A stretch of DNA of 64,000 nt from Octopus vulgaris (lineage: Eukaryota), in assembly GCA_951406725.2 (NCBI GenBank), contig OX597830.1, forward strand, positions 21,204,001 to 21,268,000. Direction: 5' to 3'. Positions 1-14,617 of this stretch are shown here, one piece after another; within the stretch, counting starts at the first letter, position 1; every line of letters starts with the position of its first letter. The notes below the pieces were generated by a model. The model saw only the letters and a list, made by a program, of their open reading frames with translations. It ran no database searches and was not told the DNA's origin. A program made the translations under genes and the position numbers.

Positions 1-117
1 CAAAGAACATGGTCAAAACCACATGAAGGTCAGAGGTCATATGTACAATTTTCCTCCACCTACCACCTTCCTTCTGCTATAAATAACATCCCTTACACCT
101 CAGGATTCAAAGGATGA
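1..117 (+). CDS. Possible C-terminal end of a coding exon entering from the left edge (QRTWSKPHEGQRSYVQFSSTYHLPSAINNIPYTSGFKG*)
   Basis: Frame 1 is open from base 1 to TGA at 115-117 in non-repetitive sequence of higher GC, followed by long UTR-like DNA. No homology recognised; frame 2 is also open to base 82. Confidence 0.15.
   Translation, partial: QRTWSKPHEGQRSYVQFSSTYHLPSAINNIPYTSGFKG
27..39 (+). promoter_or_regulatory. Perfect DR1 nuclear-receptor element AGGTCA-G-AGGTCA
   Basis: Exact consensus direct repeat with 1-nt spacer; extra TGGTCA half-site at 10-15. Function untested. Confidence 0.3.
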
Positions 118-2793
118 TGGTGCATGCAATCACCACTTCTCTCACTACCACCACCACCACAACTCCCATATTTGGTATGCCCTAACTATACATGATATTC
201 CTGCTGCTCCCTAAATTTGGTCACATTTTAATATAATAATTCCTTGGTGGGGATAGCACTTTCCCTTGTTTGTTGGTATGATATACATACTTCCATATCT
301 ATCTATTTAAAGATATATACATATAGGTATGTATGTATGTATATATATATATATATATGTATAATATATATGTATGTATATGTATAATATATATGTATAA
401 TATATACCTATATATAAGTATAATATATATAATGCACATATATTTATATATATGTGCACATGTGTATATATTTTTGTTTGATAGATTTTTGGAAATTTTG
501 ATATTTTTTTTTAGGGATTTGATTTTTTAATGTCTATTTTAGTGCCTTTACTTCTTTCCCTTTTCTATGTGCATACATAATATGAAAAAAAAAGGCACAT
601 GTACACACACATGCAGATGCACACTTGCACGCAACACTCATTTGCATATATGGTATGCATAAATGTATAAACATTAGATCTATATACATACATATCTATC
701 ATAACGCGTACACACATATATATATATGTGTCGCATATATACATACATACACACATACACATGTAGGTATGTATGTATATGCATATATATATGTGTATAT
801 ATGCATGTATGTGTGTGTTTTTTTTTCTCTTTTTCTATAAGAAAATGCAATATGAGAAATATTAGGAAAAAAATAATAAAGGACATCATAAATGGTGGTG
901 GTGGTGGTGAAGGTGTGGTGACATAGATTATGGTCAAGGAAGAATATTCTGGGCACAGACATGCACACACACACACAATATTATACATAATTCAGATTTT
1001 TTTTTTTTTTTCATTTTTTCACCCCCGTGTCTTTCCTTAAGTAACCTCTCATTTTATGTTGTTTTTTTTTTTGGTTTTTTTTTTACCTCCTCCTTGCTCA
1101 TAAAATACTGGAAAAAAAAAAATCACCAATAGCAGTAATAATAATAATAATACACCACCAACAAAATGGCTACATTAACAACAGCAAGAGCATCATCATC
1201 TGTCTTCGAATGTTGAGTGGAAAAGTAAAAGAAACAGTGGTGTTGTTAAAATAAAGAAATGATAATTAAATCTGAAATAAGACAAAATACAAATTATAAA
1301 AAATATATATATGTATATATATATATACATATATATATAAAACAAACAAACAAGAAAATATTGAAATCTGTATAAAATATTGATTGATATCAAAACTCTG
1401 AGACCCACTTTCCTCTTTGAATGAAGAAATGAACTTATATGACCTGACCGTATATTATTCTTAGTTCCCTTGAATTTCAACTTTTTTTTTTGTCCGTGGG
1501 TAAAAAGAAAATAAACCAAATAACAAAACATATGTATAACAGAAATATAAAAATGATAAAAAAGGTATAAAAAATAGAGGGGTTTAATTCTCCCCCTATA
1601 TATATGTATGTATGTATATATATATATATATATCATTTATTCAATGCAAGCAATGATATAATAGGGACCTATGTTTTTTTTTTTTTTTTTTTTCCCCCCG
1701 ATTTACATGTCGGTTTTAATGAAATGCCGTATTATAACTAAGTCCGATGCAAGATAATGATTGGTATTGATTGATCCTTTGAAAAGAAAACAAAAAATTA
1801 TCAGTCAATTTATTTGCCCCCACCCTCCTCCAGAAGAAGAAAGGGCTGGGTGTGACCTTGTTTCCTTGATATTTACTGACCATAATATTTCACATTTTGC
1901 TTCCAGTTTTTTTTTTTTTTTTTCCGAAGAAAAAATTTTTTTCCCTGCTTATTTTTTTTCTTCCATAATCGTCTTCCAAAATAAAAGCTTAACAGTTTTA
2001 CAGGGATGTATATGTGTGCGTATGAGTGTGAAGTATACATATATATATATTTACATATGTATATATATTATATGTATATATATATACCATGTACATAAGA
2101 ATGTGTATAAAGCTGTGTGTGAGTGTGTATATGTTTGTACGTATATGTTTATGTCTATGAAATATATGGACCAATGGATATGAAAGAAGTCAATACCCCT
2201 CCCATCTTCAAGCTCCCTTAATTCTAACTGCTATACTCCCTCTTTTTTTTTACTTCTAAAAATGGGGTCCAAAACTGATTAACTTCGCTGTTTTTTGTTT
2301 TTTTTATCTCAAAATTCTTCCAAATGCTCTTCCAATGTTTTTTGCATTTTCTTTTTGTTTGTTTGTTATTGTTGTTTGTTCTTAATTTAAAAATCAAAAA
2401 AAAAACATGTTGTTTTCTGCCACTTTCTCTCTTCTCTCTCCTCTCTCCTCTCTTCTCGTTCTTTCCCTATGTCTCTCACATATCCATGTGTATGTGTGTG
2501 TATATATATACTTATATATATGTATGTATATATATATATGATTATAAACACGCATACATATGAATATGTATATCCAAATATTACATTCTCTGCCAATTTT
2601 GGCATTGTTGAGACGAATCAGAACCAAGGTAATAAAAAAAAAACAAAAAACACAAATATCAAAAGTGTTAAGAAATTTTATTGAACCAAAGAATTTTTAA
2701 AATCTATTTTTTCTTCTATTTTGTATTTTCTTTAGTGGTTTATATTATTTTAATGTCTCCTTTTTTATTTAAATTTTAATGACATAAAAATCA

Positions 2794-2839
<46 letters not shown>

Positions 2840-3738
2840 CATTATTTTTAATTTGATGTGTATTGGTATATTGTATGTGTGAGTGAAAGAGAAAGAGATA
2901 GAGAGACGGGTTGTTATTTGTCTGCCTCTGTGCAAGTGGATGTGTGTGTGTGTGTGTGTGACGTGCCATGGCGTAAATTCTTTATATTTTTCTGCAAGTG
3001 TGTGTCAGCGTAATTTTAGGTCTCTGTGCAAGGGTTTACATAAGGTTTTTTTTTCTTGCTAGGAACATTGGAATGGAAGGGACAAACACGAGTGTTTGTG
3101 CAAGTGTATACAATAGTATTATATATAATTAATCATGTACAGTTTCTTTGGATCAATTTTTCCTTTTTTTTAATCTGTGAGAATGCCATTTACTCCTCTA
3201 CTTAACAGCCCTGCCCTTCAAACAGCTACCAAGAAAAAAAAAAAAGCATCTTGAAATGTGGGGCCACGGGATAAGGGAAGGAAGCAGGAGGTTGGAAGAA
3301 TAAAAGATTTTTAAAAGATAAAAAGAATTGTTTTTACAAAAAAAATTTTTTTTTTTAATATAAGCGGTGTAGAAAGGGTTTAATTTGACCAAAAATTAAG
3401 GGCCAGCTTTTTAAGCAAACGGCTACAAAATTAAGGAAGGGACCACTTGATCACAGTTTGAACCAACCAAATAAACAAGCACAACATTAAAATACATTTC
3501 CAAACAAAAACAAATATAATCTTTTATATATATATTTTTTCTTTGTTTCTTTTTACCACTTTTTTATTTTTTGATTATTCATATTTTTATTTCTATTTTT
3601 ATTTTTTAAATATATAAATGTTTAATCGCTGTTTTTGGTTCTTGTTTTGTTTTTTTTTTTTTGTTTTTTTTTTCAATCATAATCTAGTCCAACTTTACCT
3701 TTCATCTCTTCCCCTAAAGTAGATGTATTTGGTACCAG

Positions 3739-3781
<43 letters not shown>

Positions 3782-5233
3782 CATACATACATACATATAT
3801 ACATGTTATACATGTGTATATATATATATATATATGTAAGCTAGATCAAGGCGGGCCGATCCATTGTATTGGCTATATACCTGCTTTCCATTTCACATGT
3901 GACCTTGGGCCTAAGAAAGAAAATATTACAATTATTATTATTATTATTTTAAAAAGAATCGTGAGGCTGGCAATGGTTAATAGTGAGCCACGGCTCTTCT
4001 ACAGTATCTTGTTGCATACCTCACTGTTCTGGGTTCAAAATGCCCTTTTGGTGAGTTTCTGGACAGTTTACAAGATTGCCTTTCACTCCTATAAGGGTCG
4101 TTTAAAAGAATAATAACATGATAATAAGCTAGAGAAAGAGGAGGAGGAGCGCTAGGAGAAGGAGGAACAGAAGGGTTGAAGTCAGGTCCATTGAGGGCCA
4201 CCCTTTCGCCTTTACATTATAAAAACAAAAGCATTATATTCTGGCATTGTGCCTAGACAAAAGAAGCCATTATTATTATTACATTTAAGGATATATAGGG
4301 GTTTAAAATACATGTATATATATGTGTATATATGTTTGCATTTTTGTGTATTGAAATGAGTGTGTGTGTGTGTGTGTGTGTGTGGAGCCTGCATGCCTGC
4401 AGTGTTTTTATTTATTGTTTGTTTTCTTTGCCTGTGGCCTCAGTCGAAACTCAGTGTCTTCAGAAGTTCCTGCAAGTATTTGAAATGGTTCTGCTATTGC
4501 TCTCTCAACCAACATAACATCTTTTTTTTTTTTTTTTTTCCATCAAAGCCTTACTCTCTTTTCCAAAATGTTTTACCGTTTTTTTCCAGACTCTGGAATT
4601 CTTGCAATAATTCACCTCTCTCCATCTTTTTCATACTACTGTTCATTTGTTTTAATGTTCTTTCATTTTATTCTCCACCACTTATTCAAGGGGAGGAGAG
4701 ACAATGCTGATGATACCCCCCTCTCTTTTGTTTTTTTCCAAGAACCTTAGCTAAAGTCAACCATTTGGTGGCTTTAGTAGGAATGGTGTTTTACTCTCAT
4801 TAGTGGTACTAATACTACCAGTACCGCTACAAGTATATGATATTAAAAATTCAAGCCGAATCACTTCATTCTTTCAGAGAAAAGCATTATTGTCATCTAA
4901 TCTTGTTTTACCTTTTCATATAAATACGTACACAGCCTTGTGCCTAGGACATCATCATTTTTGACTGTTGTTGATCTCACTTTTGGTATGAATGTGAGAG
5001 AAATTATTATTATTAATTATTATTATTATTATTAATTATTATCATCATCATCATCATCATCAACATATGTGTTTAGTGTTTTAAATGAAATGCTTTTTTT
5101 ATGTTCTGAATTTAAAAGTACTTCTTGGAATATCACTAAAATAGTACCAGTGATATACTGGATCAAACCTCTCTCTTTTGGCCTTGTACCTACAGTAGAA
5201 AGGATTATTATTATTATTATTATTATCATTAAG

Positions 5234-5450
5234 AAGGTGGCAAGCTGGCAGAATCTTTAGTACGCTGGGGAAAATGCTTAGCAGCATTTTATCCATCTTT
5301 TATGTTCAGGGTTTACATTCCGCCAAGGTTGACTTTGCCTTTCATCCTTTCGGGGTGAGTAAATTAGGTACCACTGAAACACTGGGGTCCATGTAATCGA
5401 CCAGTCCCCTCTCCAAAAATTTCAGGCCTTGTGCCTTTAGTACAAGGGAT
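5234..5450 (+). mobile_element. SINE family A (tRNA-derived, Meta-domain-like core), full length, (ATT)n tail
   Basis: Head aaggtggcaagctggcagaatc, core gttgactttgcctttcatcctttcggggt, tail aaaatttcaggccttgtgcctttagta..gg(att)n; inserted directly after the (ATT)n tail of an older copy at ~5095-5230. Confidence 0.85.
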
Positions 5451-5952
5451 TATCATTATTATTATTTATTGGTGTTATCAGATGAACCAGTAAAATCCAA
5501 CAGAAGTGTGTTTGTCTTTTTCTGCCTTTTGCTTTCAGTTTTGTTTCATTCTCCTCTTTTACATAACTTGGTTCCTTTATTGTTCTCTGGTTAGCAAAAT
5601 GGTAAATGTGTGTGGGAGGGAGGACGTTTTTGTTGTTAGTTCCAACAGTATGATGATGATGATGATGATGAAGAAGAAGAAGTAAAAGAGAAACATTTTT
5701 AAGTGCCTATTATGTTTAAATTGCTTTGTTAAGGTTTACTTTTTTAAAAAAAAACATTTCTGTCTTTCTATGCTCTCTCTCTTTCTCTCTCCTTGTTTTC
5801 TTTCTCTTCCTTGGTGTCTCATTCATTTTCATTCATGATCCTAACAACAACATATTCCTATGCATTGGACAGACACACAAATAAATGCATACATACATAT
5901 ATATGTGTCTACATATACATATAATATACACATATGTGCATGCATTTATTGA

Positions 5953-6165
5953 GAGGGTGTCCATAAATTACCTTTACAATTTGAAAAGTTCAGAAAAAAA
6001 ATTTAAAATGAGGATAATTCAACAGAGTTTATTGGAAAACAAAGGCAAAGAACTGAAGTTTTATTAGAAACATCAGAACATGTCTACATGGGCTCCATTG
6101 GTTGCATGCCAATACATCAAGACAATAAATTGTCAAAGTTGTAAAGATAATTTATGAACACCATA
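5953..6165. mobile_element. Tc1/mariner-type MITE
   Basis: Imperfect ~28-bp TIRs gggtgtccataaattacctttacaattt / aagttgtaaagataatttatgaacacc enclosing ~150 bp. Confidence 0.65.
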
Positions 6166-6569
6166 CATATATATGTATATGATGTGTAAGTATGTATTTG
6201 ATAGCACATGGGTTTAGCTTCATTCATGCAGCTCATCTTGTGATGGTCAGCTGTAACCATCAACAAGCTTTTTGATGAATGCATCTCACACACACACACA
6301 CACATCCATTTTTATTACAAGCTCTTAATGACCATTTAAATGTTTAAGGTGGGTTTTTTTCTTTTATATAAAAACCAACTATACAGAGAAATTCTGTCCT
6401 GTGTATATAAAAGGGCAATGTTTAATTACAAAGCTGTAATTATCAATCTAATAGACTTATGGGTATTTAATCATTTTTGTATGATATCCTATTTTTTGAT
6501 TTTTTTTTGTTTTTTTTTTAAAATTTTCTTAAATTTAAAAAAGAAAAATCATTATCATTATTATTATAT

Positions 6570-6705
6570 TTCAATTCCGTTGAGGTTGACTTTGCCTTTC
6601 ACCCTTTCAGGGTTGATAAAATAAGAACTAGTCAAGCACTGGGGTCGATATAATCAACTAACCTATTCCCTTAAAATTTCAGGCCTTGTGCCTTTAGTAG
6701 AAAGG

Positions 6706-6785
<80 letters not shown>
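6570..6785 (+). mobile_element. 5'-truncated SINE family A with long (ATT)n tail
   Basis: gaggttgactttgcctttcaccctttcagggttgataaaataag...gtgcctttagtagaaagg then (ATT)n to ~6785; further decayed pieces at ~6985-7150. Confidence 0.85.
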
Positions 6786-7370
6786 CAAAAGTTGTCATCA
6801 CTTCATGTTTCATATTTCTGTGATGAATGCATTCAGGGTTTAGAGTGGGAGAGAACTGAAAAAAAAATAATAAAGTGGCTTTGTTAAACGTTGTAGGTTC
6901 AGCAGTTCAAATCTTGACCGAGGCAACTATGTTTAAAGTGTTTTTTTTTTTCTACTTTTTAAGAAGAGAGCATTGGATTGGATGCATAGTGCTGTAAGTT
7001 CAAATCCCACTGAGATCAGCTTTGCCTTTCATCTTTTTCGGGTGGATAAGTAAAAGGAATTACCAAACCAGGGTGGCAGTACAGCAAGAGAATGTTAGAG
7101 CTTCAAATTGGGTCTACACCAGCTCTTTACATTCTGCATTTAAATTGTCCCCAGGGGCATATTTATATATATATATATATGTATATATAAATGTTGAATG
7201 ATGAAAATGAGAGTGCTCAACAGTGGTGGATAAAATTTCTTTTTGTGAATTAAGGGCTACCATTGGTTTCATGTTTAGAAAAGTAGGAAAATATCCTAGT
7301 GTCTTAATTTTTCAAGCCGATCACTTAGAGAAAGCTGTGTACCTCCATTTTGGAAAATGCAGCCTGGACG

Positions 7371-7413
<43 letters not shown>

Positions 7414-8366
7414 CGTCTCAAATTTAGGTTAAATCAGTATTCCTCAAAGGGGAGGCCTATGGGATGGTCGGACAAGTTGTTTTGAGAAAACTTAGTTTAA
7501 ATGTTTGACAACTCAGCTCCGTCCATTGGACGGGGCGGGGGCGTTTTGCTCGTATATATATGTGTGTGTGTGTGTATGTATGTATCCGTGTCTAGCAGTT
7601 GAAAGTTGGAAAGATATCCTTCTGCTTTAAAAAAGCAAAAAATAATGGTGAGAACTTCATCAGTAGCAATAACAGATGAATTATTAGAATCAATGATAAT
7701 CAAGTATTTTGTTATCTTTCGGTTGAAGAACACTGCCTTTGTTTCACTTAATTTTGAAAAAAAAACAAAAGAATTTAGCAACATAACTTTGTCGTTATTA
7801 AGCTGTTGTTTGAAACAAATTAAAATGGCATTTTTCTGGAAGATTTTAATTTAAAACATGAAGTTTATATCATAGAACGAAGGGCAATTTCAGGCAGGTT
7901 AGTATCAAAACGGTCAGGTCTATTTGATTGTAGTAATGAAGAATTTTGGTAAAGCCTCCTTTTCTGTTCTTTTGCTCTGCCTTCCATCACCATCTTATTA
8001 ATTCTAATTACTGGGCTAAAAACTAAAAAAAACTCATTTATACACCAAAGGCAGTGCTTCTGTATGGTCTTGTCTGTGATGGCTAAAACTAACTAAAAAC
8101 ACTAATGTGTGTGTGTGTTATAAGGTGATGTACATGGTCCTTTGTTCTTCAGGTCATCGTTTTGTGACCTTGAGCAAGACATCTTCTAACTTTGCTTTGC
8201 CTGACTGAATATAAAATGTAGAAAATAAACAATTAAATACACAAGCTTTCTACTGACTTCATGTAGTGTGAGGCATTGGTTAGCACTAGGAAGGGCATCT
8301 CTGACCACAGTCCTTGACGTTATGTACAAACATGGTTAAATGAGTGTAAAACTGGATATATATTTA

Positions 8367-8590
8367 TATTGTTATATTTGGGGATGGTCATTCTTTTGTT
8401 TTGTTGCCGACTAACCACATGCACTATATTTTTGGTCATCGCTTCAGCATTATTATTCCTCCTATTTTAGTGTTCTTTGTCCGAAATCTTCCGTCACACA
8501 TCTTGTGACCTCAGCTGAAGTAAAAGACTAAGTATATAATGTGTGGTTAATAGACTAAAAAAATTATAGCCATCTCCAAGTATAACAATA
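8367..8590. repeat. Foldback (inverted-arm) element, old
   Basis: Left arm tattgttatatttggggatggtcattctttt..ctaaccacat; right arm atgtgtggtta..aaaaaattatagccatctccaagtataacaata; internal gtcac/gtgac hairpin at ~8493-8509. Confidence 0.55.
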
Positions 8591-8646
8591 TCTGTTTCAA
8601 CACACGATTTCACATCTGAATCTTGTAAAACAAATACATAAAAGTA

Positions 8647-8680
<34 letters not shown>

Positions 8681-9799
8681 ATATTGTACTAAATTCAATT
8701 GAGTGTTCCTTCTGCTTAATTAATGATAAATCATTTTTATATATAACTTGACAGAAAAACAAGCATTAATATTGTGCGTGTGTGTGTGTTTATTCTGAGT
8801 TCAAATTCCAGCTCTTGTTACTAGAAAAAAATGGGATTTTTCAGGAACCACCGAAAGAATTAATAGGGTTGGGAATTCCTTAGGTAAGTTACCTGAGTAT
8901 TTTAACTGAATACTCTTAGGGACAGCTTAGAGATTGCGGGTGGCTTTCAAATTAATACATAAGGGATCAGGGATGAATGTTCATTTTGTAGACAATGTAT
9001 ATTTTCTTAGAAGACAAACCTTTATAAGTTGTGAACTCTGAGTTTCACCATTCCAATTTTCAAACAAGTTACAATTCAAACAGCTTCAGTATGAAAACTA
9101 TCCTTTGTCCTCAGCAGAAAAAAAAAAAAAAGAACAAGAGAAAGGTGGGGAAAGAAAAAAGAAAAAAAAAATTTAAAGCAAAACACCTCTTAACTATATT
9201 TGGGTAGAATAAAAAAAATAAGGAAATTCTTCAAAAATCAGCAAAAAATGTATATAATATGAAATAAAACACTTATGGCAATGGTATTTCTATATTCCTT
9301 TGGTGGTAGCACTTTTTTTTCTGCTATTCTTCAAAAATACGTTTAGAAAATTTTTCCACCTTCTCTCTTCCAGTCTTCAGAATTTTTTTTTTTTTTTGTA
9401 ACTTTTCCCATATAAAAGTAATTCAATAAAATTCCTATTAAAATTAAAACTTTAACTCCGGAAGCGCCTATAAATTAAAAGCAAAAGTATTCATTAAAAA
9501 ATTTCTTTTTTTTTTTTTATTATTTGTTACTAATTTTTCAAAAAGTATCTGCCTTTATGCTATTTTTATTTCTCTTTTAATGTTTTTGTTGGGTTCTTTT
9601 TTAAAACTTTGAATTAAAATTGTTAACCATTTTGTAGAGAACTCTAAATAATGGAATTTCGGCAGCAGTAAAATGTCCAAGTTCTCTTTTATATATTTTT
9701 TATTATCGTGTGTTTTCTTTGAAATTGAGGTAGTTCTTTGATTATTAACATTCTTCAGGTAAACCATTCCAATCAGTAAACACCAAGTCAATTTGAAAC

Positions 9800-10315
9800 A
9801 ACTATAGCTCCTTCCTCTTCTGCCAATGTGTGGCCTTGTGCCTATAATAGACATCATCATCATCATTATTATTATTATTATTATTATTTTATTGGTTAAT
9901 TTGTGTATTGTTTTAGTTGCCAACATTTTATGTTCTGAATTTAGTTCTTGTCAAGGCCACCTTCACCTTTCACCCTTCTTGGGTCACTGAAATAAAATAC
10001 CAACTCTACCCACAGAATTTGAGGCTTTGTATCAGTCTAAGAAAACATTATTATTATTATTTGGTTTAGGAAGATGGCAGCATCCTAGTTGTACTTTGTT
10101 ACATTCTGAGTTCAATTCCTACTGTGGTCATCTTGTAACTTTCATCCTAGTTCTACTAAAATACTTAATCCACCTATAACTGGGCAGTTGGTCATTTAAT
10201 TCAGCTGTTATTTTCTGACGTTATGTTCTTCCAGTGTTGATAAAATTGCATACAAGTCAGACACATGGTCAATTAAAAATCAACTTCTCCCTCTCTTTGG
10301 AAATCAGTTTTATTA

Positions 10316-10352
<37 letters not shown>

Positions 10353-11935
10353 TGGCATCAAACGATCAACAGGGTCATGCAGCTAATTGACAACATGGAA
10401 TAACGCATTGAGAAAAAGCAAGGAACTGTGATCTCTGGCACACTTTGACAGCCTTATGCGTCTCAAGACATGGGAGCCTCTAAGCCTATGTAACTATTAT
10501 TATTATTATTATTTTATTATTGAGTAATAAGTAGGTGTCTGATGAACTAATACCATGACACAGATACAGTTATCTCTTGGGACCATTTTCACTTCATTTG
10601 CATAAATTACCATATCTTTCACTATCTCACTTGGGGACTACTTTATTTGATTTGTATCAGTCCCTATATCACATTATTTTTCGCCACTATTATTCCCTTT
10701 ATAAATATGATGCCTTGAATCTTCATAATAAACTATCTTTAATACTGTTATTATTATTATTATTATTAAGGTGGTGAGCTGGCAGAATCAAGTGCCAGTT
10801 AAGCACTAGGGTTGATGTAAATGACTCTCTTCTGTCCTCAAAATTGCTGGCCTTGTGCTAAAAATTTGGAAGAATTATTACTATGTTTAAGGCTGCGAGC
10901 CAGCAGAATTGTTAGGACATTGGAAAAAAATGCTTAGCAGCATTTCTTCCAGCTCTTTACATTCTGAGTTCAAACCCCATCAAAATCTACTTTGCCTTTC
11001 ATCTCTCCAGGGTCAATAGAATAAAGTACCAGTCAAATACTGGAATTGACATAATCAACCAATCCTATCCCCTAAAGTTGCTGGTCTTGTACCGAAATTT
11101 AAAGAAATTATTATTATTATGAAGTTTTTGTTCTGCATTTAAACCCTGCTAAGGTTAACTTTGCCTTTCATCCACATTAGATTAATACATTATGTTTGTC
11201 CCTAAACCCCATTCCACCTCCACCCTCGGAGAAAAGAGAGAAAAAAATTGTGGCCTTGTGCCTTTGTAAGAAATCATTATTCTTCTTGTAATATCCCACA
11301 TTGACCATCTTCGTGCAATAAAATAAAATATAATTTTATTGTTTATTTAAAGTAAACAATAGAATGTTCTCACATCGTCTGCAATCTTCACATCAAAGGC
11401 TTTCAAATAAATAACTGTAGATTTCTATACATGTATCAGATGTTTCTGATGTATGCTGTGTTCTATATAAGTATTATTATTATTATTATTAAGACACTGG
11501 AGTGGCAGAAACTGTAAAGAGGTGGACAGAATGTCTTTCACTACTATTTCCCACCCTGGGACAAGTATAACCATTGGCATCTCTCAGTACATGCACTCCA
11601 ACTTTTCTTTACCCACTCATATAAGTCAGTGTAATGTTTCCTCAATCGTTGCCCTTATGGCAAATAAAAGACATCATCTGCCAATTTGATGTGGCTACTC
11701 GCTTTACTGTTTATTATTATTAATATACTCGTTAAAATGGTGGATTAGCAAAATCATTAGAGTATTGGAGAAAATGCCTTATGCCTTGCAGTATTTAGTT
11801 ACGGAGCTTTGCCTTTCATCCTTTCAGGCTCGATAGTATTAAGTACCAGTTATATACTGGTGGCAGTGATGGAATAATTGACTATTTCTCTCCCATGATA
11901 TTTCAGGCTTTGTGCCTATGCTGGAAACAATTGTT
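9800..11935 (+). mobile_element. Cluster of ~7 decayed, head-to-tail SINE family A copies separated by (ATT)n
   Basis: Copies at ~9925-10045, 10768-10875, 10888-11105, 11120-11275 and 11735-11930 plus fragments; all on +. Confidence 0.8.
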
Positions 11936-13294
11936 AATCTCTTTAATATCTTCTTTGTTGATGAAGCGAAGGGCAGCAGGTGTAATTGTAAGATTGTTGG
12001 GTTTTTTTTTTTCTTTCTAAATGTATGTAAGATTTATTTCTCTTGCAGTCTCCACTGATTTCCATTTTTTCTGAGATTGCGGTTTTCTCATTGGTTTCTG
12101 GTTTGACATTTTGGAGAAAATTAATATTCTTTGCTTTCTTGAACTGAAACACAATGTCTTGATACTCTCGTATGTGTGTGTGTTTATCTGCGTATATTTG
12201 TAAATGGTCAAAGGCGGAAATATTTTGTATAGTTCACTTTTTTCATTTGTCACTCAGGTCTTTACTAAGTATTTTGTGTCTTTCCACCAGCAACAGCAAT
12301 ATTGTACTAACTCTCCCTTTTTCTAATACTTTTCTTAACAGCTTAGTTAGCGGGTTAAGGGGCAGCATTCAGAGTTTCCTTATTTGGTGAGGAGATGATA
12401 TAAGGGTACGATCCCGTTTCAATGTAATACAATGGCATGCAAGCTAGGGTAACTCAAATGGGGAAAACTCTAAAAACATTTGCAAATTAAATTACTATTG
12501 TACATCTACAATTCAAATTCTTGGAGCCAGTTTCAATTCTCAGTCAGTTTTTTTTTTTATGTTTAAGTTGTTTGTATTATTATGTAAGCTATCAACACAA
12601 ACTTTTCTTTTTTTCCCCTTTCTTCTATCACTCTGATATGTGATGTCTGTATGAGAAATAATCATGGTATAAACACAGCAAATATAATTTCCATTGTCAA
12701 TTGAGAGCTGTGCTGGGTGGGTTTAGATCATCGGGTTTATTTCTTCTAGTTTTTGTGTTCAAATCCTGCAGCTTTCAATGGAAGAACATGGGTCAAATCT
12801 ATCAAGCATACAACTTTATCCTCCACCCATTGCTATCACCACCCCACCAAACCCAGCCCGACTCTTAATCACAAACACATCACCTATTATGTATATATGT
12901 ATCGAGAAACACACAATAATCTGCAGGGCTCACTGGGAACCTATTTGATCCCTTTAAACTAACAGCGGCAGCAAACTTTGCTTTCTGAACAACAATCGGG
13001 GATGTAGGGGCCATAGTACTCCCCTGCCTCTTACCAAAACTAAAATTCCTTAAACCATGACAGTTACAAAGAGTCCATGTGTGCCTATATCCTTACTATC
13101 TCTTAACTTAAATCTTTACTATCACCTTCAGCCTCTCTCAGACAAGTGTGTGCCTCTATCAGTTTACTTTACCGATATTTCCTCTGCAGGGTTCCTCCCC
13201 CAAAATTTTTTTTAAAACAAACTAATTACAATAATGAAGACGATAATAATAATAATAATATAGGAATGTGTTCAAAACCAAGTAGTTGATCTCA

Positions 13295-13487
13295 CTTGTG
13301 CTGGTGCCTTGAAAAACAAGACACACTGTACCCTCTGTGAAGCAGTTGGTGTTAGGAATGGCATCTAGTTGTAGAAATGTTGACAAAGCTGAGAGTGGAG
13401 ACCAACACAGTGCTTAGGCTCGTCAGATTCTGTGTAACCAACCAACCCCTGTCAGCATGGAGCATGGACATAAAAACAATGATGAAT
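13295..13487 (+). mobile_element. Decayed 3' part of SINE family F (RTE-like tail)
   Basis: gttggtgttaggaatggcatctagttgtagaaa...agcatggacataaaaacaatgatga; homologous to the younger minus-strand copy at 37228-37495. Confidence 0.65.
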
Positions 13488-14196
13488 ATATTGGTATCAG
13501 GAGTTGACGTTTGTCATTTACTAGCACCTAGTTGCAACTACACAACCGGGTTTGTTTCTTAGAATAAAATCAAAGAACTCTGTATAGCAGACTAAATAGA
13601 ACAACATGAAACATTCCTATAATGGCACTGTTCCCCTCTATGGTCACAGCCAAGTGCTTGGAAACCTATTAAAAGAATGCTCTTCTCTTTCAGATTGTTA
13701 TCTTTTTACTGAAACTCTCTGGTGTGGTTTTTGGTCTTTCTTGCTAGAAAAGCTGATTTGATTAAGGATAGAGATAAGATATTCATTACAAAAGAAAAAA
13801 AAGCAGATCAAAGGGACACACAGACACATACACTCACATTCTACCTTCCCTCCCGTTTTCTTTTTTTTTTTTTTTTAATATATTTCTCCGGCGTCTGGTC
13901 TTTGGTGTCCAACCAGAAGATAAAAACAATCGCAGTTGTTTTAATAACGTTTTACTTTTTATTGTAATTTACTGTGTTTAATAATGATTACGATGATGAT
14001 GATGATGATGATGATAATAATAATAATATTTCAAATAATGATGATATAAAAATTGAGGCCTTTGATCTCAGGTTAAATTTTTTTTTTTTGGTGGGTTTTA
14101 TTGTTAAAACAATATATAAATCAAACAACAACAACAGTACCACATTTGTAGTCAAATTTTTTTTTTAAATGTTTTTGTTCTTCATAAGTGTTTCAA

Positions 14197-14228
<32 letters not shown>

Positions 14229-14322
14229 TACTACCACTACTAATATTAAAATAACTATCAATTGCAGTGTTCCTTCTTTCTTCGTCTCATTTTACATTCA
14301 ACCGAACCCACTTCTATATCAG

Positions 14323-14372
<50 letters not shown>

Positions 14373-14420
14373 CACTTGTTAATACGTCTGTCTCGAGTAA
14401 CTAAATATGATTTTGTAGTA

Positions 14421-14617
14421 TACCTGGTTTATCTAAGCTAATTCCTTCCTGCCTTTTTTTTCTATTGTGTCTAGTAATTTTGGAAAATAATTATTATTTG
14501 AAGAGGGTTTACCTGATTTATCTATCCTCATTCCTACCTGCCTTTTTTCTATTGTATCTAGTAATTTTGGAAAATCATTTATTATTATTATTATTAATTA
14601 TTATTTGAAGAGGGTTT
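14421..14617. repeat. Tandem duplication of a ~90-bp unique unit (2 copies)
   Basis: acctg.tttatcta...cctgccttttttctattgt.tctagtaattttggaaaat...attatttgaagagggttt occurs twice; the second copy has an (ATT)n expansion. Confidence 0.9.

Noticed and set aside
9727-9745. TGAGGTAGT resembling the let-7 5' end
   Set aside because: Match stops after 9 nt and no precursor hairpin is evident.
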